A stretch of 64,000 bases of DNA, taken from positions 8,393 through 72,392 of the forward strand of contig CAOJUB010000005.1 of assembly GCA_948443805.1 (NCBI GenBank), given 5' to 3'. Under the pieces are notes generated by a model. It was not told the origin of the DNA, made no database searches, and was given only the letters and a program-made list of their open reading frames with translations. Source of the DNA: an uncultured Clostridia bacterium (GTDB taxonomy: Bacteria > Bacillota > Clostridia > Oscillospirales > UBA644). The position numbers and the translations under genes were made by a program. This document shows positions 44,187 through 53,801 of the stretch, one piece after another. Each line of letters begins with the position of its first letter. Positions within the stretch are counted from its first letter, which is position 1.

Positions 44187-45131
44187 ATGATTCGTTCTGA
44201 GATTTGTGAAATGCTGGGACTTCGGTATCCAGTATTTCAGGGCGGAATGGCCTGGATTGCCGATGGAAAACTGGCGGCAGCGGTTTCACAGGGCGGCGGA
44301 CTGGGAATTATTGCCGCAGGCAATGCGCCTGCTGAAACCGTCCGGGAGCAGGTTCGGACTGCCCGGACGCTGACTGCCGGACCGATCGGCGTAAATATTA
44401 TGCTGATGAGCCCTTTTGCCGATGAGATTGCGCGTATGGTTGTGGAGGAAAAGGTAGAGGTTGTCACGACCGGCGCGGGAAATCCCTCCCGGTATATGGA
44501 TTCCTGGAAACAGGCGGGTATCCGGGTTATTCCGGTAGTTGCTTCGGTTGCTATGGCGAAACTGATGACGCGTCTGGGAGCGTCCGCCCTGATCGCTGAG
44601 GGGGGCGAAAGCGGCGGCCATGTGGGAGAGTTGACAACGATGGCGCTGGTTCCTCAAATTTGCGACGCGACAACGCTTCCGGTGCTTGCCGCCGGCGGAA
44701 TTGCAGACGGCAGAGGCGCCGCGGCCGTGTTTTTGCTGGGCGCCTGCGGAATTCAGATGGGAACCCGTTTTCTGAGCGCGGAAGAGTGTACGGTTCATCC
44801 GCTGTATAAAGAAAAGATTATAAAAGCTACCGATCTGTGCACCATGGTGACAGGAAAACGGCTGGGGCATCCGGTACGGAGCCTTCGCACGCCTTTTGTC
44901 AGAGCTTATGCCAAGGCGGAATACGGAGGCATGCCGGATGAGGAATTAGAAGCGCTGGCTTCGGGCGCGCTTCGGCTTGCCGTGCAGGAAGGCGATAACG
45001 AACGGGGATGTTTTCTTGCCGGGCAGGTTGCGGCAATGGTCAAAAAGGAACAGCCGGCCGCTGAAATTATCAGGGAAGTGATGGAGGAGACGGAAGCTCT
45101 CCTTCTGAGGGCGCCGCAATGGATAAAATAG
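44187..45131 (+). CDS. fabK: Enoyl-ACP reductase II (FMN-dependent, FabK type)
   Basis: 314 aa with ..YPVFQGGMAWIADGKLAAAVSQGGGLGIIA.., ..LIAEGGESGGHVG.., ..AAGGIADGRG... Its position after acpP matches streptococcal/clostridial fab clusters. Confidence 0.85.
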   Translation: MIRSEICEMLGLRYPVFQGGMAWIADGKLAAAVSQGGGLGIIAAGNAPAETVREQVRTARTLTAGPIGVNIMLMSPFADEIARMVVEEKVEVVTTGAGNPSRYMDSWKQAGIRVIPVVASVAMAKLMTRLGASALIAEGGESGGHVGELTTMALVPQICDATTLPVLAAGGIADGRGAAAVFLLGACGIQMGTRFLSAEECTVHPLYKEKIIKATDLCTMVTGKRLGHPVRSLRTPFVRAYAKAEYGGMPDEELEALASGALRLAVQEGDNERGCFLAGQVAAMVKKEQPAAEIIREVMEETEALLLRAPQWIK

Positions 45132-46039
45132 CGTTTGTTTTTTCCGGTCAGGGCGATCAGTATGCCGGTATGGGGAAAGAATTTTTTGAAAAATATCCGG
45201 CCGCTGCATCGGTTTATTCCTTGTGCGACCGGATTCGTCCGGGGACTTCGGCGCTCTGCTTTGAAGGGCCGGAGGAGGCGTTGAAGGAAACAAAGAATAC
45301 CCAGCCCTGCCTGTTTGCGACAGAGTTGGCTGCGGCTGCGGTTCTGGCGGAAAAAATCGGTATGCCCGATGCGGTTGCCGGGTTTTCGCTCGGAGAGGTT
45401 TCTGCGGCGGCGTTTTCCGGTGTTTTTGATTGGGAAACCGGTTTTCGGCTTGTCTGCCGACGCGGAGAATTGATGCAGCGCGAAGCGGAAAAGTTCGATA
45501 CTTCGATGGCCGCGGTTTTAAAATTATCGGCTGAGACAGTGATATCATTGTGCGGCCGGTATCCGGATTTGTATCCGGTAAATTTCAATTGTCCCGGACA
45601 GATTTCTGTTTCCGGTCTGACCACTCAGATGTCCAGTTTTTTTGAAGACGTCAAGGCAGCCGGCGGCCGCGCCCTTCCGCTGAAGGTAAAGGGTGCGTTT
45701 CATTCTCCTTTTATGAAGGCGGCGGCAGACGATTTTTTGAACGATTTGAAGCAGGCGGCGATTCTTCCCGGTAAAATTCCGCTTTATTCCGACCTGACGG
45801 CGGAGATTTATACAGAAGATATTCCGGGACTGCTGTCGGCGCAGATCAGCAGTCCTGTACAATGGGAAAAGCTGATCGGCAACATGATTGCCGCAGGTGT
45901 CGGTACGTTTGTGGAAATCGGCCCCGGCCGGACGCTGACGAATATGATCCGGAAGATTTGTAATTCTGTTCGCGCATTGACGGCGGCGGAATTTCTTGCA
46001 GAAACGGAAAACCGAGAAACCGTTTCTGCGGAAACCTGA
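45119..46039 (+). CDS. fabD: Malonyl-CoA:ACP transacylase
   Basis: 306 aa with ..FVFSGQGDQY.., active site ..GFSLGEVSA.., and ..VKGAFHSPFM... The start overlaps the fabK stop. Confidence 0.9.
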   Translation: MDKIAFVFSGQGDQYAGMGKEFFEKYPAAASVYSLCDRIRPGTSALCFEGPEEALKETKNTQPCLFATELAAAAVLAEKIGMPDAVAGFSLGEVSAAAFSGVFDWETGFRLVCRRGELMQREAEKFDTSMAAVLKLSAETVISLCGRYPDLYPVNFNCPGQISVSGLTTQMSSFFEDVKAAGGRALPLKVKGAFHSPFMKAAADDFLNDLKQAAILPGKIPLYSDLTAEIYTEDIPGLLSAQISSPVQWEKLIGNMIAAGVGTFVEIGPGRTLTNMIRKICNSVRALTAAEFLAETENRETVSAET

Positions 46040-46090
46040 CGGGTTTTGCCGAAAATCTGAAATAAAAGAGATTTTTACAGGAGGAAAGCC

Positions 46091-46831
46091 ATGACGCATG
46101 AGATATTAAAGGGCAAAGTCGCGGTCATTACGGGGGGCGGCCGCGGAATCGGCGCGGCTATCGCAGAGAAAATGGCTGCGCTGGGAGCCGACGTTGCTGT
46201 TTTATATGCGGGCAATCAGTCGGCGGCGGAATCCGTTTGTCTTCGTTGCAGACAGACATATGATATTCGGGCGGAAAGTTACCGGTGCGACGTATCGGAT
46301 TTCAACGCTGTGAAAGAGACCGTGGCAAAGATAAAGGCTGATTTCGGTACCGTGCATATTCTGGTCAATAATGCGGGGATTACGCGGGACGGCCTTGCCG
46401 CAGTGATGAAAGAAGAGGATTTTGACGCGGTTCTTCAGACCAACTTAAAGGGTGCGTTTCATATGATTCGTCATTGCTGCGGGCTTTTTATCCGCAACCG
46501 GGAAGGCTGTGTGATCAATATCTCTTCGGTTTCGGGGCTGGCAGGAAATGCCGGCCAATGCAATTACGCTGCTTCGAAAGCGGGGTTGATTGGTCTTACG
46601 AAGTCGATCGCCAAGGAACTGGCGCCGAAGGGGATTCGCTGCAATGCGATCGCGCCGGGATTTATTGCTACGGATCTGACCGGGAATCAGGCGGAAAATC
46701 CGCTGCTTCGGATGGTGCCCTTAGGAAAAATGGGAACACCCGAGGATGTCGCCGAGGCGGCGGCGTATCTGGCGACCGCCCGGTATGTGACCGGTGAAGT
46801 GCTCCGCGTTGACGGCGGGCTTGCTATGTAA
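46091..46831 (+). CDS. fabG: 3-oxoacyl-ACP reductase
   Basis: 246 aa SDR with ..VITGGGRGIG.., ..NNAGITRD.., ..SSVSG.., and ..YAASKAG.. (the YxxxK motif). Confidence 0.9.
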   Translation: MTHEILKGKVAVITGGGRGIGAAIAEKMAALGADVAVLYAGNQSAAESVCLRCRQTYDIRAESYRCDVSDFNAVKETVAKIKADFGTVHILVNNAGITRDGLAAVMKEEDFDAVLQTNLKGAFHMIRHCCGLFIRNREGCVINISSVSGLAGNAGQCNYAASKAGLIGLTKSIAKELAPKGIRCNAIAPGFIATDLTGNQAENPLLRMVPLGKMGTPEDVAEAAAYLATARYVTGEVLRVDGGLAM

Positions 46832-46885
46832 AAAAGGGGATTTGCCCTCCGGAACGGACGGGCAAACTTTCAAAGAAAGAATGGG

Positions 46886-48136
46886 ATGATTATGTGTGAA
46901 AACAGAAGAGTTGCCGTAACCGGGATCGGTGCGGTTACTCCGGTGGGAAATACGGCGGCTGAAACCTGGGAAAGCATGAAATGCGGAAAAAACGGGATTG
47001 CGCCGATTACGTTGTTCAATACCGATTCGATGAAAGCCAAACTTGCCGCCGAAGTAAAGGGGTTTGATCCGAAAAGCTATCTGGAAGTGAATGAAGTGCT
47101 GCGTACCGACCGTTATGCGCAGTTTGCCGTGGCGGCGGTACAGCAGGCGGTGACCGAAAGCGGCGTGAAGGGAACGGTCGATCCGGAGCGGTTTGCCGTT
47201 CTTTTCGGTACGGGAATCGGCGGGATCGGTACCTTTGAAAAAGAACATACCAAGTTGTTGGAAAAAGGCCCCCGGCGCGTTTCTCCGCTGTTTGTTCCGA
47301 TGATGATTGCGAATATGGCGGCGGGAATGATTGCAATCCGGCATGATTGCCGCGGTTCCGCCATGCCGGCGGTTACCGCCTGCGCTTCCGGTTCAAACGC
47401 AATCGGCGAGGCCATGCGGCTCATTCGTCACGGTTATGCCGATGCTGTGATTACCGGCGGTGCAGAAGCTGCGGTGACGGCCTCTGCAGTTTCCGGTTTT
47501 GTCAATATGCAGGCGCTTTCTGTTTCGGAAGACCCGGACGCCGCTTCTCTGCCTTTTGATAAACGCCGGAACGGTTTCGTTATTGGGGAAGGGGCGGTTG
47601 CGCTGATTCTGGAAGAATATGAGCATGCCAAAGCCCGCGGCGCAATCATTTACGGCGAAGTCTGCGGATACGGTTCGACCTGCGACGCTTACCATATCAC
47701 CGCGCCTCACCCCGAAGGCAGGGGCGGCGTACGTGCCATGGAAGAGGCGATGCGGGAGGCCGGATATACGGAGAAAGACACGGTGTATATCAATGCGCAC
47801 GGAACCGGTACGCCGATGAACGATGCGGTGGAAACGCTGGTGATTAAACAGGCGCTCGGAGAAGAAAAAGCCGGAGAGGCATATGTCAGTTCCACCAAGT
47901 CCATGACCGGACATATGCTCGGCGCAGCCGGCGCTGTTGAAGCTCTGGCTTGTTTGTATGCTCTCAACGAAGGAATCATTCCTCCGACAATCAACTTGAA
48001 AGAACAGGATGAGGCCTGTAATCTGAATGTGGTTTCGCAAAAAGCAATCCGGGCGGAATGTACGCTTGCTTTGTCCAATTCTCTGGGATTTGGGGGGCAT
48101 AATGCCTGCCTTGCTTTCAGAAAGGCGGAAAACTGA
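46886..48136 (+). CDS. fabF: 3-oxoacyl-ACP synthase II
   Basis: About 415 aa; the ATG at 46886 or 46892 could be the start. Motifs: ..VTACASGSNAIGEA.. (Cys), ..NAHGTGTPMND.. (His), ..GHMLGAAG.. (His), ..NSLGFGGHNA... Confidence 0.9.
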   Translation: MIMCENRRVAVTGIGAVTPVGNTAAETWESMKCGKNGIAPITLFNTDSMKAKLAAEVKGFDPKSYLEVNEVLRTDRYAQFAVAAVQQAVTESGVKGTVDPERFAVLFGTGIGGIGTFEKEHTKLLEKGPRRVSPLFVPMMIANMAAGMIAIRHDCRGSAMPAVTACASGSNAIGEAMRLIRHGYADAVITGGAEAAVTASAVSGFVNMQALSVSEDPDAASLPFDKRRNGFVIGEGAVALILEEYEHAKARGAIIYGEVCGYGSTCDAYHITAPHPEGRGGVRAMEEAMREAGYTEKDTVYINAHGTGTPMNDAVETLVIKQALGEEKAGEAYVSSTKSMTGHMLGAAGAVEALACLYALNEGIIPPTINLKEQDEACNLNVVSQKAIRAECTLALSNSLGFGGHNACLAFRKAEN

Positions 48137-48191
48137 CGATATTTTTGCCGTTTATTTTTATAAGAAAGGAAGCTTTCGCAACGCGAAAGCC

Positions 48192-48629
48192 ATGGTTGCC
48201 ATGATGAAAGAGACCGATATCCGCAGATATGCGGGGCTGATGAGGGAACTGGGGCTGACCGGACTGGAAATCACCGAAGATAATCGCGTGGTTCGTTTGG
48301 AACGGACCGCTGCCGCAGAAAATCGGCCGGCCATTGTTCCGGAAACGGTTCCGGCTGATTCTGCGGAAGAAAAAAATACCGGCTATATCAGTGTAAAATC
48401 TCCGATTGTCGGGGTGTTTTACGCTGCGCCGGCCGAAAATGCCGAATCGTATGTGTCGATCGGCGACCGGGTAAAAAAGGGACAGACGCTTTGCATCATT
48501 GAAGCAATGAAATTAATGAATGAAATTCCGGCCGAAGAGGAAGGAGAGATTTCAGAAATTTGTGTAACCGACGGTCAGGTGGTGGAATTCGGCACCGAAC
48601 TGTTCCGGATTCGGAGGACTGGCGTATGA
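48192..48629 (+). CDS. accB: Biotin carboxyl carrier protein of acetyl-CoA carboxylase
   Basis: The start is uncertain (ATG at 48192, 48201 or 48204). Biotinyl-lysine motif ..CIIEAMKLMNEI.. in a C-terminal lipoyl-like domain. Confidence 0.8.
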   Translation: MVAMMKETDIRRYAGLMRELGLTGLEITEDNRVVRLERTAAAENRPAIVPETVPADSAEEKNTGYISVKSPIVGVFYAAPAENAESYVSIGDRVKKGQTLCIIEAMKLMNEIPAEEEGEISEICVTDGQVVEFGTELFRIRRTGV

Positions 48630-49042
48630 ATCGGGAAGAAATCATGAAAATACTGCCCCACCGGGACGATATGCTTTTGTTGGACGATGTCCAAAACCGG
48701 GAGGGGACGGCTGTTGGCCATTATACGGTTCGCGGCGATGAATTTTTTTTGCGCGGCCATTTTCCTGGAAATCCGATTGTTCCCGGCGTGATTTTGTGTG
48801 AGATTCTTGCGCAGTCTGCCTGTGTTTTGATGCAGGATGCTTTAAACGGCGGAAAACTGCCGGTTTATACCGGACTGAACCGCGTTAAATTCCGCTCCCC
48901 GGTTCGGCCGGGCGATACGGTTGAAACGCAGTGCCGGATTTTGCGGGTAAAACATCCTTTTTATTTTGCGGAGGGTTCGGTGACCGTCGGCGGACGGGTC
49001 TGCGTCTCGGCTGAATTTTCTTTTGCGGTTACGGGAGAGTAG
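48626..49042 (+). CDS. fabZ: 3-hydroxyacyl-ACP dehydratase
   Basis: Start at the ATG at 48626 (SD GGAGGA; ATGA overlap with accB). Motifs: ..ILPHRDDMLLLD.., ..GHFPGNPIVPGVILCEILAQ... Confidence 0.85.
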   Translation: MNREEIMKILPHRDDMLLLDDVQNREGTAVGHYTVRGDEFFLRGHFPGNPIVPGVILCEILAQSACVLMQDALNGGKLPVYTGLNRVKFRSPVRPGDTVETQCRILRVKHPFYFAEGSVTVGGRVCVSAEFSFAVTGE

Positions 49043-49047
49043 ATATC

Positions 49048-50355
49048 ATGTTTTCAAAAATATTGATTGCCAACCGCGGTGAAATCGCCGTCCGGATTAT
49101 CCGGGCCTGTAAAGAGATGGGCGTTGCCACCGTTGCGGTGTATTCCGAAGCGGATAAAAATGCGCTTCACGTTGCTCTGGCCGATCAGAGCTATTGTATC
49201 GGCGGATCGGAGGCCTCGGACAGTTATCTGAATGAAAATCAGATTATCAGCACGGCGGTGCTGGCCGGTGCGCAGGCGATTCATCCCGGTTATGGTTTTC
49301 TTTCGGAAAACGCTCATTTTGCCCGGCTTTGCCGGAAAAACGGCCTGGTGTTTATCGGTCCCGGCCTGGAAAGTATGGAACGGCTCAGCGATAAGGCAAT
49401 CCTAAAGGAACTGATCAGGCATACCGGGCTTACTGTGATTCCGGGAACCAAAGCTGTTTCTTCGGCCGAAGAAGCGCGGAAAGCGGCCGATACGATCGGC
49501 TATCCGGTCATGCTGAAAGCCTGTTCGGGCGGCGGCGGACGCGGTATCCGGCTGATCCGGACAGCGGATGAGATGGAAGAATCTTATTTGCAGGCCAGCA
49601 GTGAAGCTACCAGCGCTTTTGGCGACGGCAGCGTTTATCTGGAAAAATATATTTTCCCCGCACGGCATGTGGAGCTTCAGGTTCTTGCCGATGAGTATGG
49701 AAACGCCGTTTGTCTTGGAGAACGGGATTGTTCCCTGCAGCGGCGCAATCAGAAACTGGTGGAGGAAAGTCCGTCTCCCGCCGTGACCGGGGCGCAGCGT
49801 GAAAAAATGATTGGCCTTGCTGTGGAAGCGGTAAAAAAGATCGGTTATGTGGGCGCGGGAACATTGGAGTTTTTATTGGATCAGGACGGGAATTTCTGGT
49901 TTATGGAAATGAATGTCCGGCTTCAGGTCGAGCATTGCGTAACCGAAATGCTGACCGGAGTTGATTTGGTCAAATGGCAGATCCGCATTGCTGCAGGCAT
50001 ACCGCTGAATTTTACGCAGCAGGACATCTGTATGCAGGGTTCGGCGATTGAATGCCGTATTAATGCGCTGAGCTGCGGAACGCTGCAGATGCTGCATGTC
50101 CCCGGCGGACCGTCCGTCCGTTTTGATACCTACCTGATTGCGGGGACGGCCGTCTCTCCCTATTATGATTCTCTTCTCGGCAAATTGATTGTTTTTGCAA
50201 AAACGCGGGAGGAAACGCTTCGGAAAATGCGGGCTGCTCTCTGTGAACTTGTAATTGACGGAATTTCGACCAATATTAAAGAACAATTGCGGATTGTAGA
50301 AGACGACCGGTTTATTTCCGGGAATTATGATCTTACTTTTATGGGCAACAGGTGA
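49048..50355 (+). CDS. accC: Biotin carboxylase
   Basis: 435 aa beginning MFSKILIANRGEIAVRIIRAC.., with ..GYPVMLKACSGGGGRGIR.., ..EMNVRLQVEHCVTE... Confidence 0.92.
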   Translation: MFSKILIANRGEIAVRIIRACKEMGVATVAVYSEADKNALHVALADQSYCIGGSEASDSYLNENQIISTAVLAGAQAIHPGYGFLSENAHFARLCRKNGLVFIGPGLESMERLSDKAILKELIRHTGLTVIPGTKAVSSAEEARKAADTIGYPVMLKACSGGGGRGIRLIRTADEMEESYLQASSEATSAFGDGSVYLEKYIFPARHVELQVLADEYGNAVCLGERDCSLQRRNQKLVEESPSPAVTGAQREKMIGLAVEAVKKIGYVGAGTLEFLLDQDGNFWFMEMNVRLQVEHCVTEMLTGVDLVKWQIRIAAGIPLNFTQQDICMQGSAIECRINALSCGTLQMLHVPGGPSVRFDTYLIAGTAVSPYYDSLLGKLIVFAKTREETLRKMRAALCELVIDGISTNIKEQLRIVEDDRFISGNYDLTFMGNR

Positions 50356-50360
50356 AAAAT

Positions 50361-51221
50361 ATGGCGTTATTACATTTTTTAAAACCGAAAAATCAGCTTG
50401 AGGAAGGCGGAAGAACCTCGGCGCCTGTTCAGCAGGACGCCGGCGAGCCGGAAAAAAACTGCCCGAATTGTCATAAAGATATTCCGCTGAGCCGTCTTTG
50501 GGCCGGCGGGTTGGTCTGCCCTTGCGGGTATCATTTCCGGATGAAATCCCGTCAGCGGATTCAGATGATTGCCGATCCCGACAGTTTTCATGAACTGTAT
50601 TCGGAAATGCGGTCGGGAAATCCGCTGCGTTTTCCCGGATACAAGGAGAAAGCGGAGACGGTTCGTGCGGCAAGCGGCGAGGAAGAGGCGGTTGTTTGCG
50701 GCACGGCGAAGATCGGAAACCAAAACTGCTGTCTGTTTGTGATGGAACCGTATTTTATGATGGGCAGCATGGGAAGCGCGGTAGGAGAGAAAATTACGCT
50801 GTTGTTTGAGTATGCCGCCGAACACCGGCTTCCGGTCGTCGGTTTTACGGTTTCGGGCGGCGCCCGGATGCAGGAGGGGCTGCTGTCTTTGATGCAGATG
50901 GCGAAAACCAGCGCGGCGATTAAGCGGCACGGTGATGCGGGTTTGTTTTATCTTGCGGTGCTGACCGATCCGACAACCGGCGGGGTAACCGCCAGCTTTG
51001 CCATGGAGGCGGATATTATTTTGGCGGAACCCGGGGCAACGGTTGGTTTTGCCGGCGCAAGAGTGGTTGAACAGACAACAAAAAAATCGCTTCCAAAGGG
51101 GTTTCAGAAATCGGAATTTGTTTTGACGCACGGGTTTTTGGATGGTATCGCCGCCCGGTCGGAACAGAAAAAGTTATTAAGCGAGCTTCTTGCCATGCAC
51201 AGCGGGAGGAGGATTTCATGA
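50361..51221 (+). CDS. accD: Acetyl-CoA carboxylase carboxyltransferase beta subunit
   Basis: Start at the ATG at 50361 (SD AGGTGA); the GTG at 50352 is an alternative. Zn-ribbon ..[15 protein letters not shown].., then ..[13 protein letters not shown].., ..SGGARMQEG... Confidence 0.85.
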   Translation: MALLHFLKPKNQLEEGGRTSAPVQQDAGEPEKNCPNCHKDIPLSRLWAGGLVCPCGYHFRMKSRQRIQMIADPDSFHELYSEMRSGNPLRFPGYKEKAETVRAASGEEEAVVCGTAKIGNQNCCLFVMEPYFMMGSMGSAVGEKITLLFEYAAEHRLPVVGFTVSGGARMQEGLLSLMQMAKTSAAIKRHGDAGLFYLAVLTDPTTGGVTASFAMEADIILAEPGATVGFAGARVVEQTTKKSLPKGFQKSEFVLTHGFLDGIAARSEQKKLLSELLAMHSGRRIS

Positions 51222-52012
51222 GCGGCGCCTACAGCCGGGTCAGACAGGCTCGGGACAATGGCAGACCTACGGGGCTGGATTATATTAAAAATATTTTTGA
51301 CGGATTTATCGAACTGCATGGAGACCGCCGTTATGCCGACGACCCGGCGATTGTCGGCGGGATTGCGACGCTGAACGGCAATCCTGTTACGGTCATTGCG
51401 ATCGAAAAAGGGCATACGGCCAAAGAGCGCACCTATCGGAATTTCGGCGCGCCGCATCCGGAGGGTTACCGCAAAGCGCTTCGGCTGATGAAACAGGCGG
51501 AAAAATTCGGCCGGCCGGTGATCTGTTTTGTCGATACGTCGGGCGCTTACTGCGGGGTTGGTGCGGAGGAACGCGGACAGGGGCAGGCAATTGCCGAAAA
51601 TCTGTTGGAAATGTCAACGCTTTGCGTTCCGATTGTGTCTGTTCTGATTGGGGAAGGCGGCAGCGGAGGCGCGCTTGCACTGGCTCTTGCCGACCGGGTT
51701 TGGATGCTGCAGAACGCGGTCTATTCTGTGATTTCTCCCGAGGGCTGCGCCAGCATTCTTTGGAAGGATTCGTCTAAGGCGGAAACGGCGGCGGAAAGCC
51801 TGAAATTAACGGCTGAAGACGCGAAAAGTTTTGGGGTTGTCGAACGTATTCTTTCAGAAAAAGAAATAGGGAAAAAAGAATTTTATCATCGTATCCGTAC
51901 CCTGTTAACCGAGGAAATCGGCGAACTGGCAAACGACCTGGATCTGATCGGAAAGCGGTATGAACGGTTCCGCCGGATCGGAACCGAGACGGTTATAAAG
52001 GAGTCTGTATGA
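51218..52012 (+). CDS. accA: Acetyl-CoA carboxylase carboxyltransferase alpha subunit
   Basis: 264 aa with ..[17 protein letters not shown].., ..[16 protein letters not shown].., ..[18 protein letters not shown].., ..[12 protein letters not shown]... Confidence 0.9.
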   Translation: MSGAYSRVRQARDNGRPTGLDYIKNIFDGFIELHGDRRYADDPAIVGGIATLNGNPVTVIAIEKGHTAKERTYRNFGAPHPEGYRKALRLMKQAEKFGRPVICFVDTSGAYCGVGAEERGQGQAIAENLLEMSTLCVPIVSVLIGEGGSGGALALALADRVWMLQNAVYSVISPEGCASILWKDSSKAETAAESLKLTAEDAKSFGVVERILSEKEIGKKEFYHRIRTLLTEEIGELANDLDLIGKRYERFRRIGTETVIKESV

Positions 52013-53655
52013 GTTTATATCAGAAATTCTGTATAGAAAAAATTGACGAAAGAGGCTGTTTGAAAGAGTTTTCTTTGCAATATCCTGAAAATTTTAATTT
52101 CGCTTATGATGTGGTGGACGTCATTGCCGAAACAGAGCCGGAGAGAAAAGCCCTTGTCTGGTGCAACACTGAAAATACGGAACATGTTTTTACTTTTTCC
52201 GAAGTGAGGGCTTACAGCAATCAGATTGCCAATGTTCTCCGGAAGCATGGAATCGGCCGGGGCGACCGGGTTATGCTGGTGCTGAAACGGCACTATGAAT
52301 ATTGGTTTGCGGCGATTGCGCTCCATAAACTGGGTGCGGTGATGATTCCTGCAACGCATATGCTGACGGTCGGCGATTTTTCCTACCGGCTTGAGGCGGC
52401 GCATGTCAAAGCGGTGATTGCCACGCCGCAGGACGGCGTGCCGGAACGGATTAAGACGGCCTTGGCGCAAATCGGTCTCTCCGCGCAGCTTTGGTGCGTG
52501 CGCGAGGAAGTTCCGGGGGCGGAAAATCTGACGGCGGCTATGGCGGCGGCTTCCTGTGAATTCCCCCGGGAAGAAACCCGGGCGGAGGATCCGATGATTC
52601 TTTATTTTACTTCCGGAACGACCGGTTACCCGAAGGGGGTTATTCACGATCATACCTATCCTTTGGCGCATATCGTTACGGCAAAATACTGGCAGCAGGC
52701 CGCCGACGGCGGGCTGCACTTTACGGTGGCTGAAACCGGCTGGGCCAAAGCTTCATGGGGGAAACTGTACGGTCAGTGGCTTGTGGGCAGCGCTGTGATG
52801 GTTTATGATTTTGATAATTTTGATCCCAAACAGCTGGTTCAGGTAATCAACCGTTACGGCGTGACGTCTTTTTGCGCGCCGCCTACGGTCTACCGTTATC
52901 TTGTCCGGAAAGGGATCCCTTCCATGCCGTCGCTTCGCCATGCTTCCACGGCCGGGGAAATGCTGTTGCCGGACGTGTTCCGCCAGTTTACGGAACAGAC
53001 GGGGCTGCCGCTTTGCGAGGGATACGGACAGACCGAAACGGCGCTTTTAATGGCGAATTTTAAGGGAAACGATCCGGTAGACGGCGCTCTGGGGACGATT
53101 TCGCCGTTTTACCGGATTGAATTGCGCGATAAAGAGGGAAAACCCGTGCCAGTCGGTGAAATCGGGGAAATTGTGGTTCTTCCTTCTCAAAACGGAAAAA
53201 CGCCGGGTATTTTTTCCTCATATCTTGATAAGGAAGAGCAATACCGTTATGTATGGCGCGGCGGCGTTTATCATACCGGAGACGCGGCGTATCAGGACGG
53301 GAAGGGACGGTTTTGGTTCCACGGCCGTTTCGATGATATTATTAAAACCGGCGGATTCCGCGTTGGCCCGTATGAAGTGGAAAACGTGTTGATGAAGCAT
53401 CCCGGGGTAGTTGAGTGCAGTGTCATCGGCGTTCCGGATAGGCTTCGCGGGCAGGCGATAAAAGCGGTAGTCGTGTTGGGAAAGGGATATACTCCTTCCA
53501 AGGAAACAGAACGGGATATCCGTGATTTTTGTAATCAGAAACTGGCGGAATATAAATGGATTCGGATTGTTGAGTTTGTTTCGGAAATGCCGAAAACGAT
53601 CAGTGGGAAAATCCAGAAAAGCGTACAGCGGGAATCTGGTTCTTCTTCCTTTTAG
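52009..53655 (+). CDS. AMP-dependent acyl-CoA (or acyl-ACP) synthetase/ligase, medium/short-chain type
   Basis: 548 aa with the adenylate-forming motifs ..[14 protein letters not shown].., ..GYGQTE.., ..YHTGD.., ..ISGKIQK... ATGA overlap with the accA stop. Confidence 0.8.
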   Translation: MSLYQKFCIEKIDERGCLKEFSLQYPENFNFAYDVVDVIAETEPERKALVWCNTENTEHVFTFSEVRAYSNQIANVLRKHGIGRGDRVMLVLKRHYEYWFAAIALHKLGAVMIPATHMLTVGDFSYRLEAAHVKAVIATPQDGVPERIKTALAQIGLSAQLWCVREEVPGAENLTAAMAAASCEFPREETRAEDPMILYFTSGTTGYPKGVIHDHTYPLAHIVTAKYWQQAADGGLHFTVAETGWAKASWGKLYGQWLVGSAVMVYDFDNFDPKQLVQVINRYGVTSFCAPPTVYRYLVRKGIPSMPSLRHASTAGEMLLPDVFRQFTEQTGLPLCEGYGQTETALLMANFKGNDPVDGALGTISPFYRIELRDKEGKPVPVGEIGEIVVLPSQNGKTPGIFSSYLDKEEQYRYVWRGGVYHTGDAAYQDGKGRFWFHGRFDDIIKTGGFRVGPYEVENVLMKHPGVVECSVIGVPDRLRGQAIKAVVVLGKGYTPSKETERDIRDFCNQKLAEYKWIRIVEFVSEMPKTISGKIQKSVQRESGSSSF

Positions 53656-53700
53656 AACCGGCGCGGTTTTGGAAAAGAACTTGAAATTTTTTCTCAAATA

Positions 53701-53760
53701 TGGTACAATAAAGAATAACAGGTTGTTCTTAGGCGAACGCTTTTCAAAATGCGTTTTCTG
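53701..53760 (+). repeat. Module X copy (promoter-like -10 box plus a 20-nt palindrome) directly upstream of the PAS regulator gene
   Basis: TGGTACAATAAAGAATAACAGGTTGTTCTTAGGCGAACGCTTTTCAAAA. The palindrome is at 53711-53730. It aligns with 36987-37035 and with the reverse complement of 62612-62660. Confidence 0.6.
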
Positions 53761-53801
53761 TTATCTGCGCTTGTTTTCAATCCGCTTCATAAGGAGTTGC
53801 T

